DNA of 64,000 nt from positions 29,884,001 to 29,948,000 of the forward strand of contig NC_092674.1 of the NCBI RefSeq assembly GCF_964355755.1, given 5' to 3'. This stretch comes from Antedon mediterranea. Lineage: Eukaryota; Animalia; Echinodermata. Shown one piece after another: positions 25,497-38,510 of the stretch. The stretch's first letter is position 1; every line of letters begins with the position of its first letter. The notes beneath the pieces are model-generated. The model searched no databases and was not told where the DNA came from. It saw nothing but the letters and a program-made list of their open reading frames with translations. The translations under genes were made by a program, and so were the position numbers.

Positions 25497-28259
25497 TAAT
25501 ATCACACAATAAAAAACGCAAACTGAACCATATTTTAATTCTAGATCAGTGGGACATACAGACAAACTTAAACTTATACTAGACAAAAAGTAAAACATTA
25601 CAAGCTAAAAAAATGTGTGGTATTGGTACTGATTGACATGTGGGATCTCAATATAAAAAAATATACAGATTATTTATTTAAAAAATATAGTTTATTTAAA
25701 AAATATAGTCATTAGATCCGAAAGGAAATAATATGATTAAAGATTAAAAAAAACAACTGTTAAAAATACTTAATATTTTTCCTTACAGTAAGTTCTTACA
25801 TACTGGTAATAAAGATGGCATAATGGGTAAACAAGTTTATTCCTACAGTAATCAATGACAAAAAGATTAATAAAACTTGAAAAATCATTAAATTTATTAC
25901 ACAAAATAAGTTTTCAGTGATAGGTAGCCACAAAGATATAAAATGGTCCGAAAAAAGATATTCAATAATTATTAATATAATAAATTTGCTACAAAAAGTA
26001 CTCTTATTTATTTGAAACTTGTAAATAAAGTCAAAACAAGCAAAAGTAAATCCATAGGACACGCCTGGTATTAATGAGCAGACAAACAGATTTGTAATCA
26101 GACAATAATACAATACAAACAGGTAGTCAGTGTTTGTTTTTGTTTTTTTTCAGAAAAGTGTGTCTAGGATTTAGAAATAGAATTTGAGAAATACATTTAT
26201 GCCAAATGTTTAACTGTATATAGATATTTATTTGTTGTAACTTTTAAATACCATACTATACAGATTTATAAAGCGCTTTAAAAAAAAAATAGAAGCGCTG
26301 TACATTAGTTAGAGCAGTATACAAAGACAATTAGAAAGTCTAAATTATTCCTTAGGGAAAAAATATTGTCTACTTTTCTATTGTTTAAACATTGTTCATG
26401 TATTTTAAACTGCAGTGTATTAACAAAGAGTTTCTGAGTTTTATTTTTATTTGAATTAGACCAATAAAAGATGAATTGAATTGAAATGTTAAAAAAGGTA
26501 TATAATATAGTATTTAAACAAAGCTTGTTTTGCTAGAAATATTTGCTAGAAATATTTACCAGAATACATTTTTTTAAAAGTTCCAAGAAAATAACACTAC
26601 AGTAGTCTAGTAGTAGAATAGCAGCCGGGAATAATTTTGCCAATGTAGCAAAAAGCTACAGTATACAAAACAACCTTATTGCTACACATTTCTCAAATTG
26701 TGTAGCAAAAAATACAATACTAAACTATGTTTCTGGACTAAAAAATCAGTTTGATTTAGCAATATTGCTAAACAAAATTTTGAAATGAAATTTGTCCCCA
26801 CTAGGTCATCAAAATATTGAACATATCTGGATTGATCATACAGTAATAAAAAACTTCTCCATCTCCATGGATTGATAAGTTAATATAGTTAGTTTAGTTA
26901 ATTGTATTAAAAGACTAGATAAATATGATTGAGTCTCTCACCAATTTCATGGAATTGACTTCTAAATTGGAAGAACACTGCTGTAAATATTAATATTAAT
27001 AACAATATCAAAATGACATATTTAACTATGAAGACACCAACATCGGTAAACATCCAGGTTTTTTTGTATATGCTGCACATGATTTCCAAGTATCTGTACT
27101 CTCCTATTAGACATAATACTAGGAAAAACTAATTACGAAACGAACAATTGCATAACATTTTGCATGTAAATAGATAAATGTAATGGCCAATTTTGGGTAA
27201 TTTAAATAATGAATATATTGCTTGAATCTCTTTCATTGCTAAGTCATACAGTACAGTTTAATGGTAATTTGTCAACAAGTAGGCCGACTGTGTACTGTTG
27301 ACTTGAACCTGGTCCTATTCATTTGACATTTATTTATTTTTTACTTTTAACTACAAATAGAACCCTTTCTTTTTTTGGAAACCACTATTCAGGGGACACT
27401 TTCCTGTGATGTAGGGAACTAATGTTGTATATGTTTCAACACCATGGTTATATCCCTATTCATTTTTGTTGGTACTAAATGTAGAGGACCTACAGTGTAT
27501 TATGTAACTGTTAATTATATTTTATGTAGAGGGCAGTAAACATGTTGCAATACTAAAGATGTCATACAACATGGGGGCAGCAGACAGAAATAATACTTTA
27601 CCAAATTAAGCATAGTGTACATTAAACATGATGTTTATTCCAACATTGTTGAAAATAAAAATCAAGTTATCCTCTCATCTTTTATTAATTATGCATTTAT
27701 ATATTTGTATTCAGATGGAGAGCAATAAATAAAACTAGACAAACACGTTTAATGGTAGCTCAGTATTATTGTAACCCCAGAAGTTATAGGTCACGCTATA
27801 GAGGGCGTTCATAAAGAGAACCTCGTGGGTTGAAGAGGTAGGTGTGATACATCATGGCGATGTACAGTAAGGTGTATAATAACCCAATAGAGGATTAAAT
27901 TTAAAGAGCTGGATGTTGAGATTGTTTATTGACTACTGTTGTACTACCACTAATTACTATCAGTATCACAGGTTACATTATCACTCTAATGAATAATAAG
28001 ACAAACATACAATAATGCAGTTTATAATAGCTGATGGTAATGCAGATAATAAAAATAATATTTCTATTTCCTAAATACGGCCAAAGGTCACAAAGAAGTA
28101 CTTATTAATTAGAATGTATTTAGATACAGCTTGCATACATTAAAACTTGAAACAGAAAAAACCCTAAACAAAAATCCATGAACTAAACACCCTAAGAGTT
28201 CCTCAAAATCACATGGAAAAGTAAGATTCATTTGTATTCATCATAGGCAAGGTCAGTAA

Positions 28260-28426
28260 AGTTCAGTCTACAATATCAAACTACTTTGTGCCAATATTGT
28301 TAGTGATATGCCAATATAGTAGTGATATGCCCAAATATACTGTAGTAGTAGTGATATGACATCATCATGTCTATACATGGTCACATCACATTTTTATGTT
28401 AAAAGTTTGATAGTGTAGACAGAGTT
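28260..28426. mobile_element. MITE family A copy
   Basis: Both TIRs, degenerate. Confidence 0.8.
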
Positions 28427-29251
28427 TAATGTGAATTACACTATAGAAAATTAAATTGACTTGACCTAACAAAGGTCAATAGTTCAACACTGGCGGTGGT
28501 GTCCTACTTCAAGAATGTACACATTTATGTGGTACTGAATAAACTGAAAAGGTTTATAGGTCAGAGATTACAAAATGAGTTGCAATGAATGCAAATATTA
28601 TACAAATAAACGACAATAGGAACAGGAAGCTTTACTTTATCAGAGTTGTAGGTCAAAGGTTAAAAGTTAAATTGTTGTTATATTTTATTAATCATCATCC
28701 TTATTTATGTTGTTGATATTGACTCGGTTGAGAAAAAAAATCTAGCTTGGGCCTTGCCTTACCCCTCTTACTTACCCCTATCAGCTAGCCTAGGCCTTCA
28801 TAAAAATATTATGAAATAGTGTTGCAAACAAAGAATATCCATTAATTAAAAAGGTTTATGGAAAATATTTGGTTTGTTTTATTACATAGTTTGAATAGTA
28901 ACAATTTTGGACAATTTCCCCTAAGTAATATGAGTGTTCTAAATAAGGAGTTCTTCGGTAATTAATCATTTAAAAAGTAGGTTTTCTGTGACAGAAAACA
29001 AATTCCAATTATAAAAATAAAGTACATTTTCAAACTAAAGACAATAAAAACACAAAGACGATGATGATGCTTAGCATGTGGTTTAAGTATTAACTTATAT
29101 TAAGATTGATCCTAAAGGATAAAGGAAGCATTGGATTAATGTTCACCTTTATTAAAGTATTATTGATCACATCCTATGCAATATAACAACCAAACACCCT
29201 CTAGTCTGAATACAGTAAGTCTCCCTTTAATAGTAGAATCCATCCTTTATG

Positions 29252-29850
29252 AAACCCCTATACAGTGGACATCACTAGGGGTAAATATGTTTTAACACCC
29301 CCTATTAAACCCCTATACAGTGGACATCACTAGGGGTAAATGTGTTTTAACACCCCCTATTAAACCCCTATACAGTGGACATCACTAGGGGTAAATGTGT
29401 TTTAACACCCCCTATTAAACCCCTATACAGTGGACATCACTAGGGGTAAATATGTTTTAACACCCCCTATTAAACCCCTATACAGTGGACATCACTAGGG
29501 GTAAATATGTTTTAACACCCCCTATTAAACCCCTATACAGTGGACATCACTAGGGGTAAATATATGTTTTAACACCCCCTATTAAACCCCTATACAGTGG
29601 ACATCACTAGGGGTAAATATGTTTTAACACCCCCTATTAAACCCCTATACAGTGGACATCACTAGGGGTAAATATGTTTTAACACCCCCTATTAAACCCC
29701 TATACAGTGGACATCACTAGGGGTAAATATGTTTTAACACCCCCTATTAAACCCCTATACAGTGGACACCACTAGAGGTAAATATGTTTTAATACCCCCT
29801 ATTAAACCCCTATACAGTGGACACCACTAGGGGTAAATATATGTTTTAAT
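29252..29850. repeat. 55-bp minisatellite, 11 copies
   Basis: AAACCCCTATACAGTGGACATCACTAGGGGTAAATATGTTTTAACACCCCCTATT. Confidence 0.95.
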
Positions 29851-30073
29851 AAACAGAGAATCTACCTATCAGGAAATTCAGTACAAATCAACTAAATAAT
29901 CATTTCGCTCTTTTCCCATAAACACTGTAATTACTGTATATAAAATACATTTACAGAGGGAAGTCCCCTATAATTCCAGGTTTCTAAAGTTACTATTGAC
30001 GCTTTACAGTATATTGTTCCTGTCGAATATAAAAAAGGATTATATATACTGTAGTTATTTTATGAGCCCTCTA

Positions 30074-30292
30074 TTAGAGCGCTACTTCTGTTAGGGCGCT
30101 ACTGTACTTCTGTTAGAGCGCTACTGTACTTCTGTTAGGGCGCTACTGTACTTCTGTTAGGGAGTACTTCTGTTAGGGAGTACTTCTGTTAGGGAGTACT
30201 TCTGTTAGGGAGTACTTCTGTTAGGGAGTACTTCTGTTAGCGAGTACTTCTGTTAGCGAGTACTTCTGTTAGCGAGTACTTCTGATTAGAGC
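30074..30292. repeat. 22-bp then 16-bp minisatellite
   Basis: Core TACTTCTGTTAG. Confidence 0.92.
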
Positions 30293-30879
30293 CTACTGGG
30301 AGCAGCGACTTGGAAAATAACAACTTCTTGCTGTGAGGAAGTAACTGAATCATACATTTTTTCTTTAAAATATAATTATAATAATATAATAAAATAATAA
30401 TTATGGCCAATACTCAACTTAACTCTCTACTACAGAACATGGCTCACAAGACTGTTTCATTGTCAACAACATTTCGTCTTTTCATGTTGTGTGAATTACT
30501 ATTAGACTGCAAAAATTAACAGGACTATTAGTATTTTTAAATATCTGGTTTAAAATGATGTATACATATGGTTTAAACACCTAATGTACAGTACTTGTTT
30601 GCGTTAACAAAACTAAATGTCATAAAGTTCATTGTGACTGACGAATACCTGTACTGTAACTGAAAGTAAAATTAAGTAAATTAAAGACTCTCTGGAAAAC
30701 AGAAACAGTCCTAAAAGAAGTATTTTTATATGTTCCCAAATTCTTACTATTCAAAGTGCATTAAGAAGTAATAGACTTGAGTTGACTGATAAACATTGAA
30801 ACCAATTCATATATGTACTATCATTATAATTCTAGTTTTACTGTATGTTAAAACATTAATTTCATATTAAATCATAGTA

Positions 30880-31400
30880 GATCGGACACCTGGAGGTTAA
30901 CATGCTTGCCTTCCAATCCCAAGGTCCAGGGTTCAATTCAGTTCTACTCCACTCTGTAAGCCTGTTTAGTTAATTTCTTTCTTTAATTTCCAATATCGTC
31001 ATTAAGTGGAGCTGTAGCTTGGTGGTTAACATGCTCAACTCATAAGACTGTACTTCTACTCTTTTCCTTAGAGTAACACTTAGTTATATCAATAATTGTC
31101 AATTTACTTGCTGTCGGATGTGTTATAATTAAAACATTTGTAAATATTTATTATATCTATCAGTATTACACATTTAATAATAATACACTGGATTTATAAA
31201 GTGCCTAATGTTGTGAAACCCCTAAGCGCTGTACATATTAATATTAATTAGTTTACCCGGTCATTTTGTAGTTGATGTGTCTTTACCTTATACAGAACCA
31301 TGTACCCATTTGTTGTCATTTTGTTGTTGATGTGTCTTTACCTTATACAGTACCATGTACCCATTTGTACTCGGTGGAGAGAGGCAAACGTAAGTAAACA
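30880..31400. mobile_element. Degenerate tRNA-derived / CORE-type SINE fragments
   Basis: A-box-like TAGCTTGGTGGTTAA, B-box-like GGGTTCAATTC, minus-strand CORE-like TACCCATTTGTACTCGGTGGAGAGAGGCA and AAGCGCT tail; similar tails near 20600 and 26270. Confidence 0.55.
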
Positions 31401-33721
31401 TACTCAAATCATTAACATAAAATGTTCCGTGTTTTGTGTACAGTAAATGGTCATAAGGAATAACATAAATTCTATATTTTTATTACCATTACCGCTCGTC
31501 TGTGTAAATTGGCCTTAAGTATAACTGAAAATCCTCGCAAACGGTCACTTTCACGTAATGCCACGAGAGATCAGAATGCAACAGACATCAACTTCCTGGT
31601 ATTGTAACAGATTTATACAATATTATCCAGGAAGCAGTATGATCACCATAGCATTGTTTGCTTCATTTGCGGCAAGGTTGAATTGCATTCATTGCCTAAA
31701 TAAATGCTAAACTCTTTATTTTTAAACCACTGAGTACATTATTCCTACAGTACAGGAGCTAGCCCTGAGCTACAGTACAGTAGCTTTTAGTCCTTTCTTA
31801 AATACAAGAAATAGTCCTAATTACAAAACGAATGTTTCTCTTTGGTTCAAAATACAAGATAACTTTATTGTCAAATAGTTCAACGAAAGATTTGAAATTG
31901 GTTTTTCTCATGGCAACTTAATATAAAAATAGAATAAAATCAGTAAAATGTTAAAACACAAAGTAAAATACACAGTACAGTAAAAATATACAGATTAAAA
32001 AGCATATACAGGATTTATAAATATAAATTTCAATTTCAATGACAAAAAAAACTAAATAATCTGATAAAATTGTAACATTCGATTATCGCCAGCGTAGATG
32101 GAAGGAATGGTTATCTTGAAGTTGAAAATATATGTAGTAGTAAATAAGTTATTCATAATTAACTAGTTATCATCACTGTGCAACTTTTAGCTGCATCAAT
32201 GCAATATAACTGACCTTCAGTCAACTACTGTAACATCTGTTGCCCGCCAGTGCAATGCATTTTGGGTAATTTGAGAGCACAAACTTTTAGCAAAAATGCG
32301 GTTGACATAAAAATTATATTTTAAAATCTATTTTCAAATAAACGATTATTTAACGCCGGGGCTCTATGATGATAATCTGATGGTATTAAGTATTACTAAT
32401 TTACAGTTTAAGAAAAAGCTTGAAATTTTAACCAGTATCAAATACCTGTAAGATAATCCATTCAGTGGTAACATAATAAGTTGCCAAGATAGTTACTAGT
32501 ACCTGATACATAGAGGTATAATAAATGCAGTAAAGAAAAAAATAGCTTTGTTTATTTGAATAACCAGTTAGAATTTGGCAGGCTAAAGACCGCAACAGTT
32601 ACCTGAGTTAAACCCGAGGGCTTAGTAAGAGCTGAAAGTAGTGGTTAATACTTTTGTTTTGTATAAAAGTTCAATGCATCGACCAAGAGATTAGGAAGAT
32701 TACACTGTGTACATTAACCCTTGCCCAATGAATCAGTCAGACATTATTTGTTAGGGACAAAATTATAGTCCCTTCAATATACTGTAGCACAAAGACACAC
32801 TATATATTAATATAGTTATTTTGTAAAAGTTATACCATTAGTAGCTTAAACTTGGTATTCACTACAGTAGTCAATAATTCATTGTATTTTAACAATGGTT
32901 AACCTTGATTGTACAACCATAGTATTGTATACAGTAGTATTATTATCAATAGAGTTATTAAGACAAAAAGTTTTATGAAAAGTAAAGGTAAATCTGGGAT
33001 GTACCTTTCATACAATTTTACTACATATTATTTGAAACTGTTGGAGTGGAGGATATCATTTTTGTCTGAATTTGATACCAGGGATAGCCCTCTAAATCTC
33101 CAAAGCGGGGTCGTTTCTTTACACCCCTGAGGGATCCTTTTAGGATGTGTTTTCAATGGTTATTAACTTAGGTAAGGTCTGATAGATATCTTCGTATTCC
33201 CATATTTATATGACTAATGATCGTAATTGTCTTTTTTTGTCATCAGTGACAGAGGAGAAAATTTACACAGCAATTCAGTTTGCTTCTGTTTAATCTACGT
33301 CACGGGTTTTTGTTTTTGTTATGTTTTGATGTTTCTCTCTTGACGAAATAAATGAAATGAAATAGAATTGTTTGGTTGCACTCTGGTTATAATATTCATA
33401 ATAATAGATATAATTATGTCACAATAGAATGTTATGTTCAGTGAGCCATTATGTCATTACAAGTTCTAGTTTATTAAACCCTACAAAAGTACAATAAAAC
33501 CCGCATTACTGCCACATAGTCAAACATACAGTAATAAACTATCATATACTGTAATGTAAGCCCATGCCATACCAGCTTGTTCTTCTTCATGAAGATCTCT
33601 GTTCTAAACAGACCATTAGAACTGTTATTGTATGTTCAAGTCCAATATTTAATATCGACAATTTCTTTTATTCGATAAAAGTTCTCAATGTTTACATATT
33701 TTTATGATAGAAATTGTCTTA

Positions 33722-33879
33722 AGCTATGTCTACTCTATCAAACTTTATGTGAAAAAAAATGTAACGTGCCCATATAGAAATGATGTCAGATCATTATCAT
33801 ATTTAAGCATATCACTACTACCATATTTGGGCACATCACACTTTTTTGGCCAAACTAGTTTGATAGTGTAGAAAGACCT
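33722..33879. mobile_element. MITE family A copy
   Basis: Both TIRs, degenerate. Confidence 0.8.
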
Positions 33880-35477
33880 TCATAGACTAAAGAAACATAG
33901 CACATAGATTTGGTGGAGGATATCCAAATCGCGCTATGATTTCTTTACAGTACTATATACAGTAGCTCTGTGTTGTGATGATTTTTTTCTCCTTTTGTAG
34001 AAAAAAAATCCCCTGTAAACATCCTGGCTACATTCTTTGTAAAAAAAAACATGGAAAAGATTAAACACACTAGAAAACAAGCAATTTCCTGATTACTGTA
34101 TTGTAATTACTGATATTTAATTTGTAAAAAAAATCCTGAAAATCCCTTCATATTGTTGCAAAATTCTTTTTTCATAATTTAAAAATACCTGGATGAAATA
34201 TTATTTTTAGTTTCCTTCTAGGAATATGGTTTTTATCTAATGTCTGAACAAGTCACAAAACTACTGTACATCTGACGAAAGTGAAAATAGCTTAGAACTG
34301 AATTATAGTGGTTGTGTATGTTTTGGGTAATAATAGATGTTTGTTGATTATTTGTAATAAAATAATTAGTAATATAATAAAACACATTGTTCCATTTGAA
34401 ATGGGAAATATCGATGCATATGGAGATTAATCCAGTATTCTAATTATAGTCACTATTATAAAAGTACTGGTATGAGAAAGAAGCTAACTGCTAGTTTAGA
34501 AATAAGTAGGCACCGTGTACAGTAGTTTACTTCAACTATATTTAACCAGAAGAACACACATGCCAACTAATTTAGTTTTAGTGCGAGAGCACATTTTTTC
34601 CTCTTAAAAAATAATAAAATCTACAGTAAATAGCGGGCCGTAAATAGCTTGTACAAAGTAATAAATTGTTGTCCAACTGAACATAAAATGTACATCATTG
34701 AATTGGGTAATTATTAAATCGTATAATAACTAATCTACCAATGTGGAATATCTTGCAGTGTGTTAAATTTTATTTCTGTTCGATGCTGAGCAGGTACTTA
34801 ACAAATCAAAGGTGGCTACCCTTGTTTGTCAAACATTTTCAAAATCAATTTGATTTGATAAAAAAAAACAACTTTATCACATTTTTGTCAATCTTTATAC
34901 AGTTTCATCAAACAATAAGAATTAAAGACTAATTATTAAAAATAATAATCATTAATTAACAAATATCTTCATACTGTTTTATGTGATTTAAATGTTTGAC
35001 TAATTTACAATCCACCTATATCCCCTCCCTCTCACTTATGATGTCATCACCTGTGTCATCATTGGTGTCGTGGAAAATAGTTTTAATAATAATAATTATT
35101 AATGTTAATTTGCACCAAAACACCCACCCATTTCTCGTTGATAGTTGCCATGACAAGTCTCCTTTGGCTTATTGAGACCTTTTGAATTATTATCAAAATT
35201 TTACACATTTAAATTGTGTATTACTTTGATGACATAATAGACATAATATTACGTATTAGTAGTCTATTATTCTGTAGTCCCTGTACTGTATTTATTGTGA
35301 CACAAAATACAGGTAGCAATGAATAACAAATAGATAAACAAAAATTACAGTTGCTTGTGATCGAATCACTGATCACTGAATCCACATGATAATAAAAACC
35401 AGTATAAACAGTAATAACATCCAATTGCCAACATTCAAATAGTCTATAAAGTACAATAATAATGAAGCTATACTTAC

Positions 35478-35552
35478 GTCTCGTTTCATCTTTTTCTCTG
35501 GCGGTGATTTTCGTAACCAGCCCTGATGAACGATTCCATCATTGCCAGCCAT
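35478..35552 (-). CDS. GAB: GAB exon 1
   Basis: MAGNDGIVHQGWLRKSPPEKKMKRD|gtaagt, the Gab N-terminal GWLRKSPPEKK signature; phase 0 joins exon 2. Confidence 0.92.
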
Positions 35553-36519
35553 GATGGTGAGTGAGAGGCTGACGTTAAAACTTATTAGGAAATAATAACA
35601 AACGTTATGAACAAGTAAACACACTAATTCTATATAAAATCAGACATTATAAGTCTCCCACAGTTACACTGAAGATTTAACTGTAAATATCCAGAGTTTT
35701 ATTGCGTAATTCCTTCAGCTGGTGAGACATCCGTATGTTGTGTATCAATCAGTATATAAATCAGCACGGGTTGGTGTGGTGGCGTACGACACTATATTGT
35801 TTTTTTTCACCTCGTTATAGCCTCCTCGTCGTCAGAGACCGGGAACACCACTTCCGTGTTGTTGTTTGTTGGTAAACAAATCTAGGATCGAATCAGTGTT
35901 TCTCGAACAACAAAACATCATGAATGATTAAAATTGTCAAAATCAATAAAAAAACAACCAATGGGCCATATAATCTGACATGGTTATGCATTGAATAATA
36001 AAGTACAACATTAGGCCTATGTTTTCTATTGTAAGCATGTACTTAGGTCCAAAGTAAAGGTGGCGAAAAATGGCGACCCACGTGCACAATTGTTTTCATA
36101 TTTTATTTAATTAATATAAATATTACAACATACATCATAGTTTATATATATATCATATTATGTGACAATGTTTAATAGACACACGCTTTAAATTTTAAGT
36201 CATCATTTACTGCGATATTTTACGGGAAGTTATGACAATTGGAATCAACCAATCAGAGGACTCGTTTCATTATCAACAACGATATATCGACTATCGATTT
36301 TGTAGGTGTAGTAAACAATGATGGTAAATAGTGTGTGGAAGAATAAACCGATTAAATGGTTCGGGGAGTGAACCTTATGTCCGGAATATACGTAAGTTAA
36401 TTTCAATATTGACATGATTAATACTCGAAAGTCTATAGTGCAGCTGTTGCGTTATGTAGTATCCAACAGATGGAGGCTTGTTTAGGCCCGAATTTCGACC
36501 AATTTGAAGTTAAAAAGTT
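35553..36519. promoter_or_regulatory. Putative bidirectional promoter GAB / CAPN15
   Basis: Under 1 kb between divergent start codons; CpG retained; ETS-like CACTTCCG about 35849, YY1-like AAAATGGCG 36067, E-box CACGTG 36079, CCAAT 36249. Confidence 0.65.
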
Positions 36520-36761
36520 ATGGGCATCGCCGACTCTACGCTGAGGAGCTCGTCGCCTTCAGAGGAAGGCAAAGAAATGAGCTCAATGCCCCCACCGGCT
36601 AGGAGCAATTACCCTGTGAATAAAGAGGGTAGTAGTAGTAGTACTGGTGATGCGGATATAGGTAGTAATGTAATTAATAGTAGGGAATCTCGTAAACAAC
36701 AGAATGTTCCTGAAGAGGAATCCATGTTTGACAGTGTTTTAAAGAAGGTTTCAGAACTGAG
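36520..36761 (+). CDS. CAPN15: Calpain-15 (SOL) probable first coding exon
   Basis: ATG ORF ending GAG|gtacac in phase 2, joining in frame to acceptor 38511; sequence itself not recognisably conserved. Confidence 0.65.
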
Positions 36762-38510
36762 GTACACAAAAAGACGAAATTCTTTTTCTATTATTCAGTT
36801 AAAACTTTGTTGAAATTCGTTGAGGCATGACTTTTTTTTATTTGGAATTTGGTAATTCATTGAAGCATGACTTTTTGATTTGCTTGGATTATTGGTATTC
36901 TACTGTACATCGTTTTATTTATTTCATGATGCGTACGATGCCCTCAATCGAGTTCATAAAAAATATTTTATTAAAATGTTGGTTTGCCTCCAAAAAATAT
37001 TGTGTGTAGGGTCGTAGTGTATATCAACAGGAATTTCCTAAACTTTTTGTTTTGTTTGAAACATTGTAAGTTATAAACGGATGAAAATAGCTAGCCTAAT
37101 TATGGGTATTATAAACTTTTAATTATATTATTATTTGTAAACTTTGTTGTTTGTTTAATTTGTGTTGATCACAACTTAATATATGTCTGTTGGAATCATG
37201 TAAATTATTTTACTGTTAATCATACAAAAAAGGAATTTTTCATAACCAGCATAGTAAACTCTCACAAAGCCAAACTCTCTGGTGGAATAATCAAACCATA
37301 GTCCTGTATTAAAACTGGTATGTTGGATTTATGATAAACTTATTGACAGTCCTACGTCTCCATGTCATTGAATTCTAGTAAACTTTACCTGTTAGTGTTA
37401 TTCAATACCTTTGGCAGTTTCACAAACAGGATATAACAATCTTGTATTGTACAATAGTATTTACTGTAGGTGTTGTACTTTATAATATCTCTGACTCACA
37501 ATACCACTAATACACATCTGTACTTTTGGAATTCGACAACTAAACACTGCATTACAGTTTAACTGGTTTGTTGTGAGTCTGGTACATACAGGTTTGTACA
37601 TCCAATTAATTTAATATACAATAATTTTATTATTTTACTAAACAACAGGTATTCTTCAAATTACAAGGAACAGGAAGATAATTTAATGTTTAATTTGCAA
37701 TTTGCTTTGTAAATAAATAGCTAAAGCTATCATAATAGAGTCTAGGATAAATAAATAAATTGAATAGATTTATCAACCAGGGGTGTTATTACTGTATTGA
37801 TAGCAAGTAACTTTGAATACCATAAGATTCATTATGAATAATATCAGGTAAAATAATAAGTAAATAAATAGATAAATTGTAATTGAAAATAAAGAGACAG
37901 AATGTATTTTAAGAATTTGACGTTCCTACTGATCAAGTAGATTCAAACGTTGAATTCTCAAACAATGTGTTCTGTTGCTTACTGTATGTTGTGTTCATAC
38001 ACCCATGTCTGTTGCACCCCTGAATATTATTTATAGACATTAATGTAGTCAGTATTGATCCTAACATTTTTATAATGAAGAGTTCATTGGTAAATGGTTA
38101 TTATAAATGCAGTTAAAATTTTATTATAGGAATGTAACTGGCAAGGCAATAGAAGTCAAAGAAACTGTAGTATTGTTTTTTTAGTATTAGTACAGATATA
38201 GGCTAGGACAATAAAGTTGGGAAATGAATACAACATATTGTATTGTATTGAGTATTTCTTCTTGAAGTTCTAAGAATCATTAATACCATTTAGTATAATT
38301 CATATATAGACACTACTGTAAGGATAGTATTAGTACTGATATAGCCTAGGTCTTTAAAGTTGTGAGATGAATACAGTATATTGTTCATAGAGTATTTCTT
38401 TTTGAAATTCTTAATACAGTATCATTTATATATAGACATGTACTTTGTGACACCGAAAATTGAAGGAAACACAAAAGATAAAAACCATTTTGTTTTGTTT
38501 TTGCTTTCAG

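Noticed and set aside
29252-29850. CRISPR-like array of hairpin repeats
   Set aside because: No unique spacers, no cas genes, and located in a eukaryotic intron
30880-31045. Possible tRNA gene
   Set aside because: A and B boxes are split over two degenerate fragments with no cloverleaf; better explained as SINE heads
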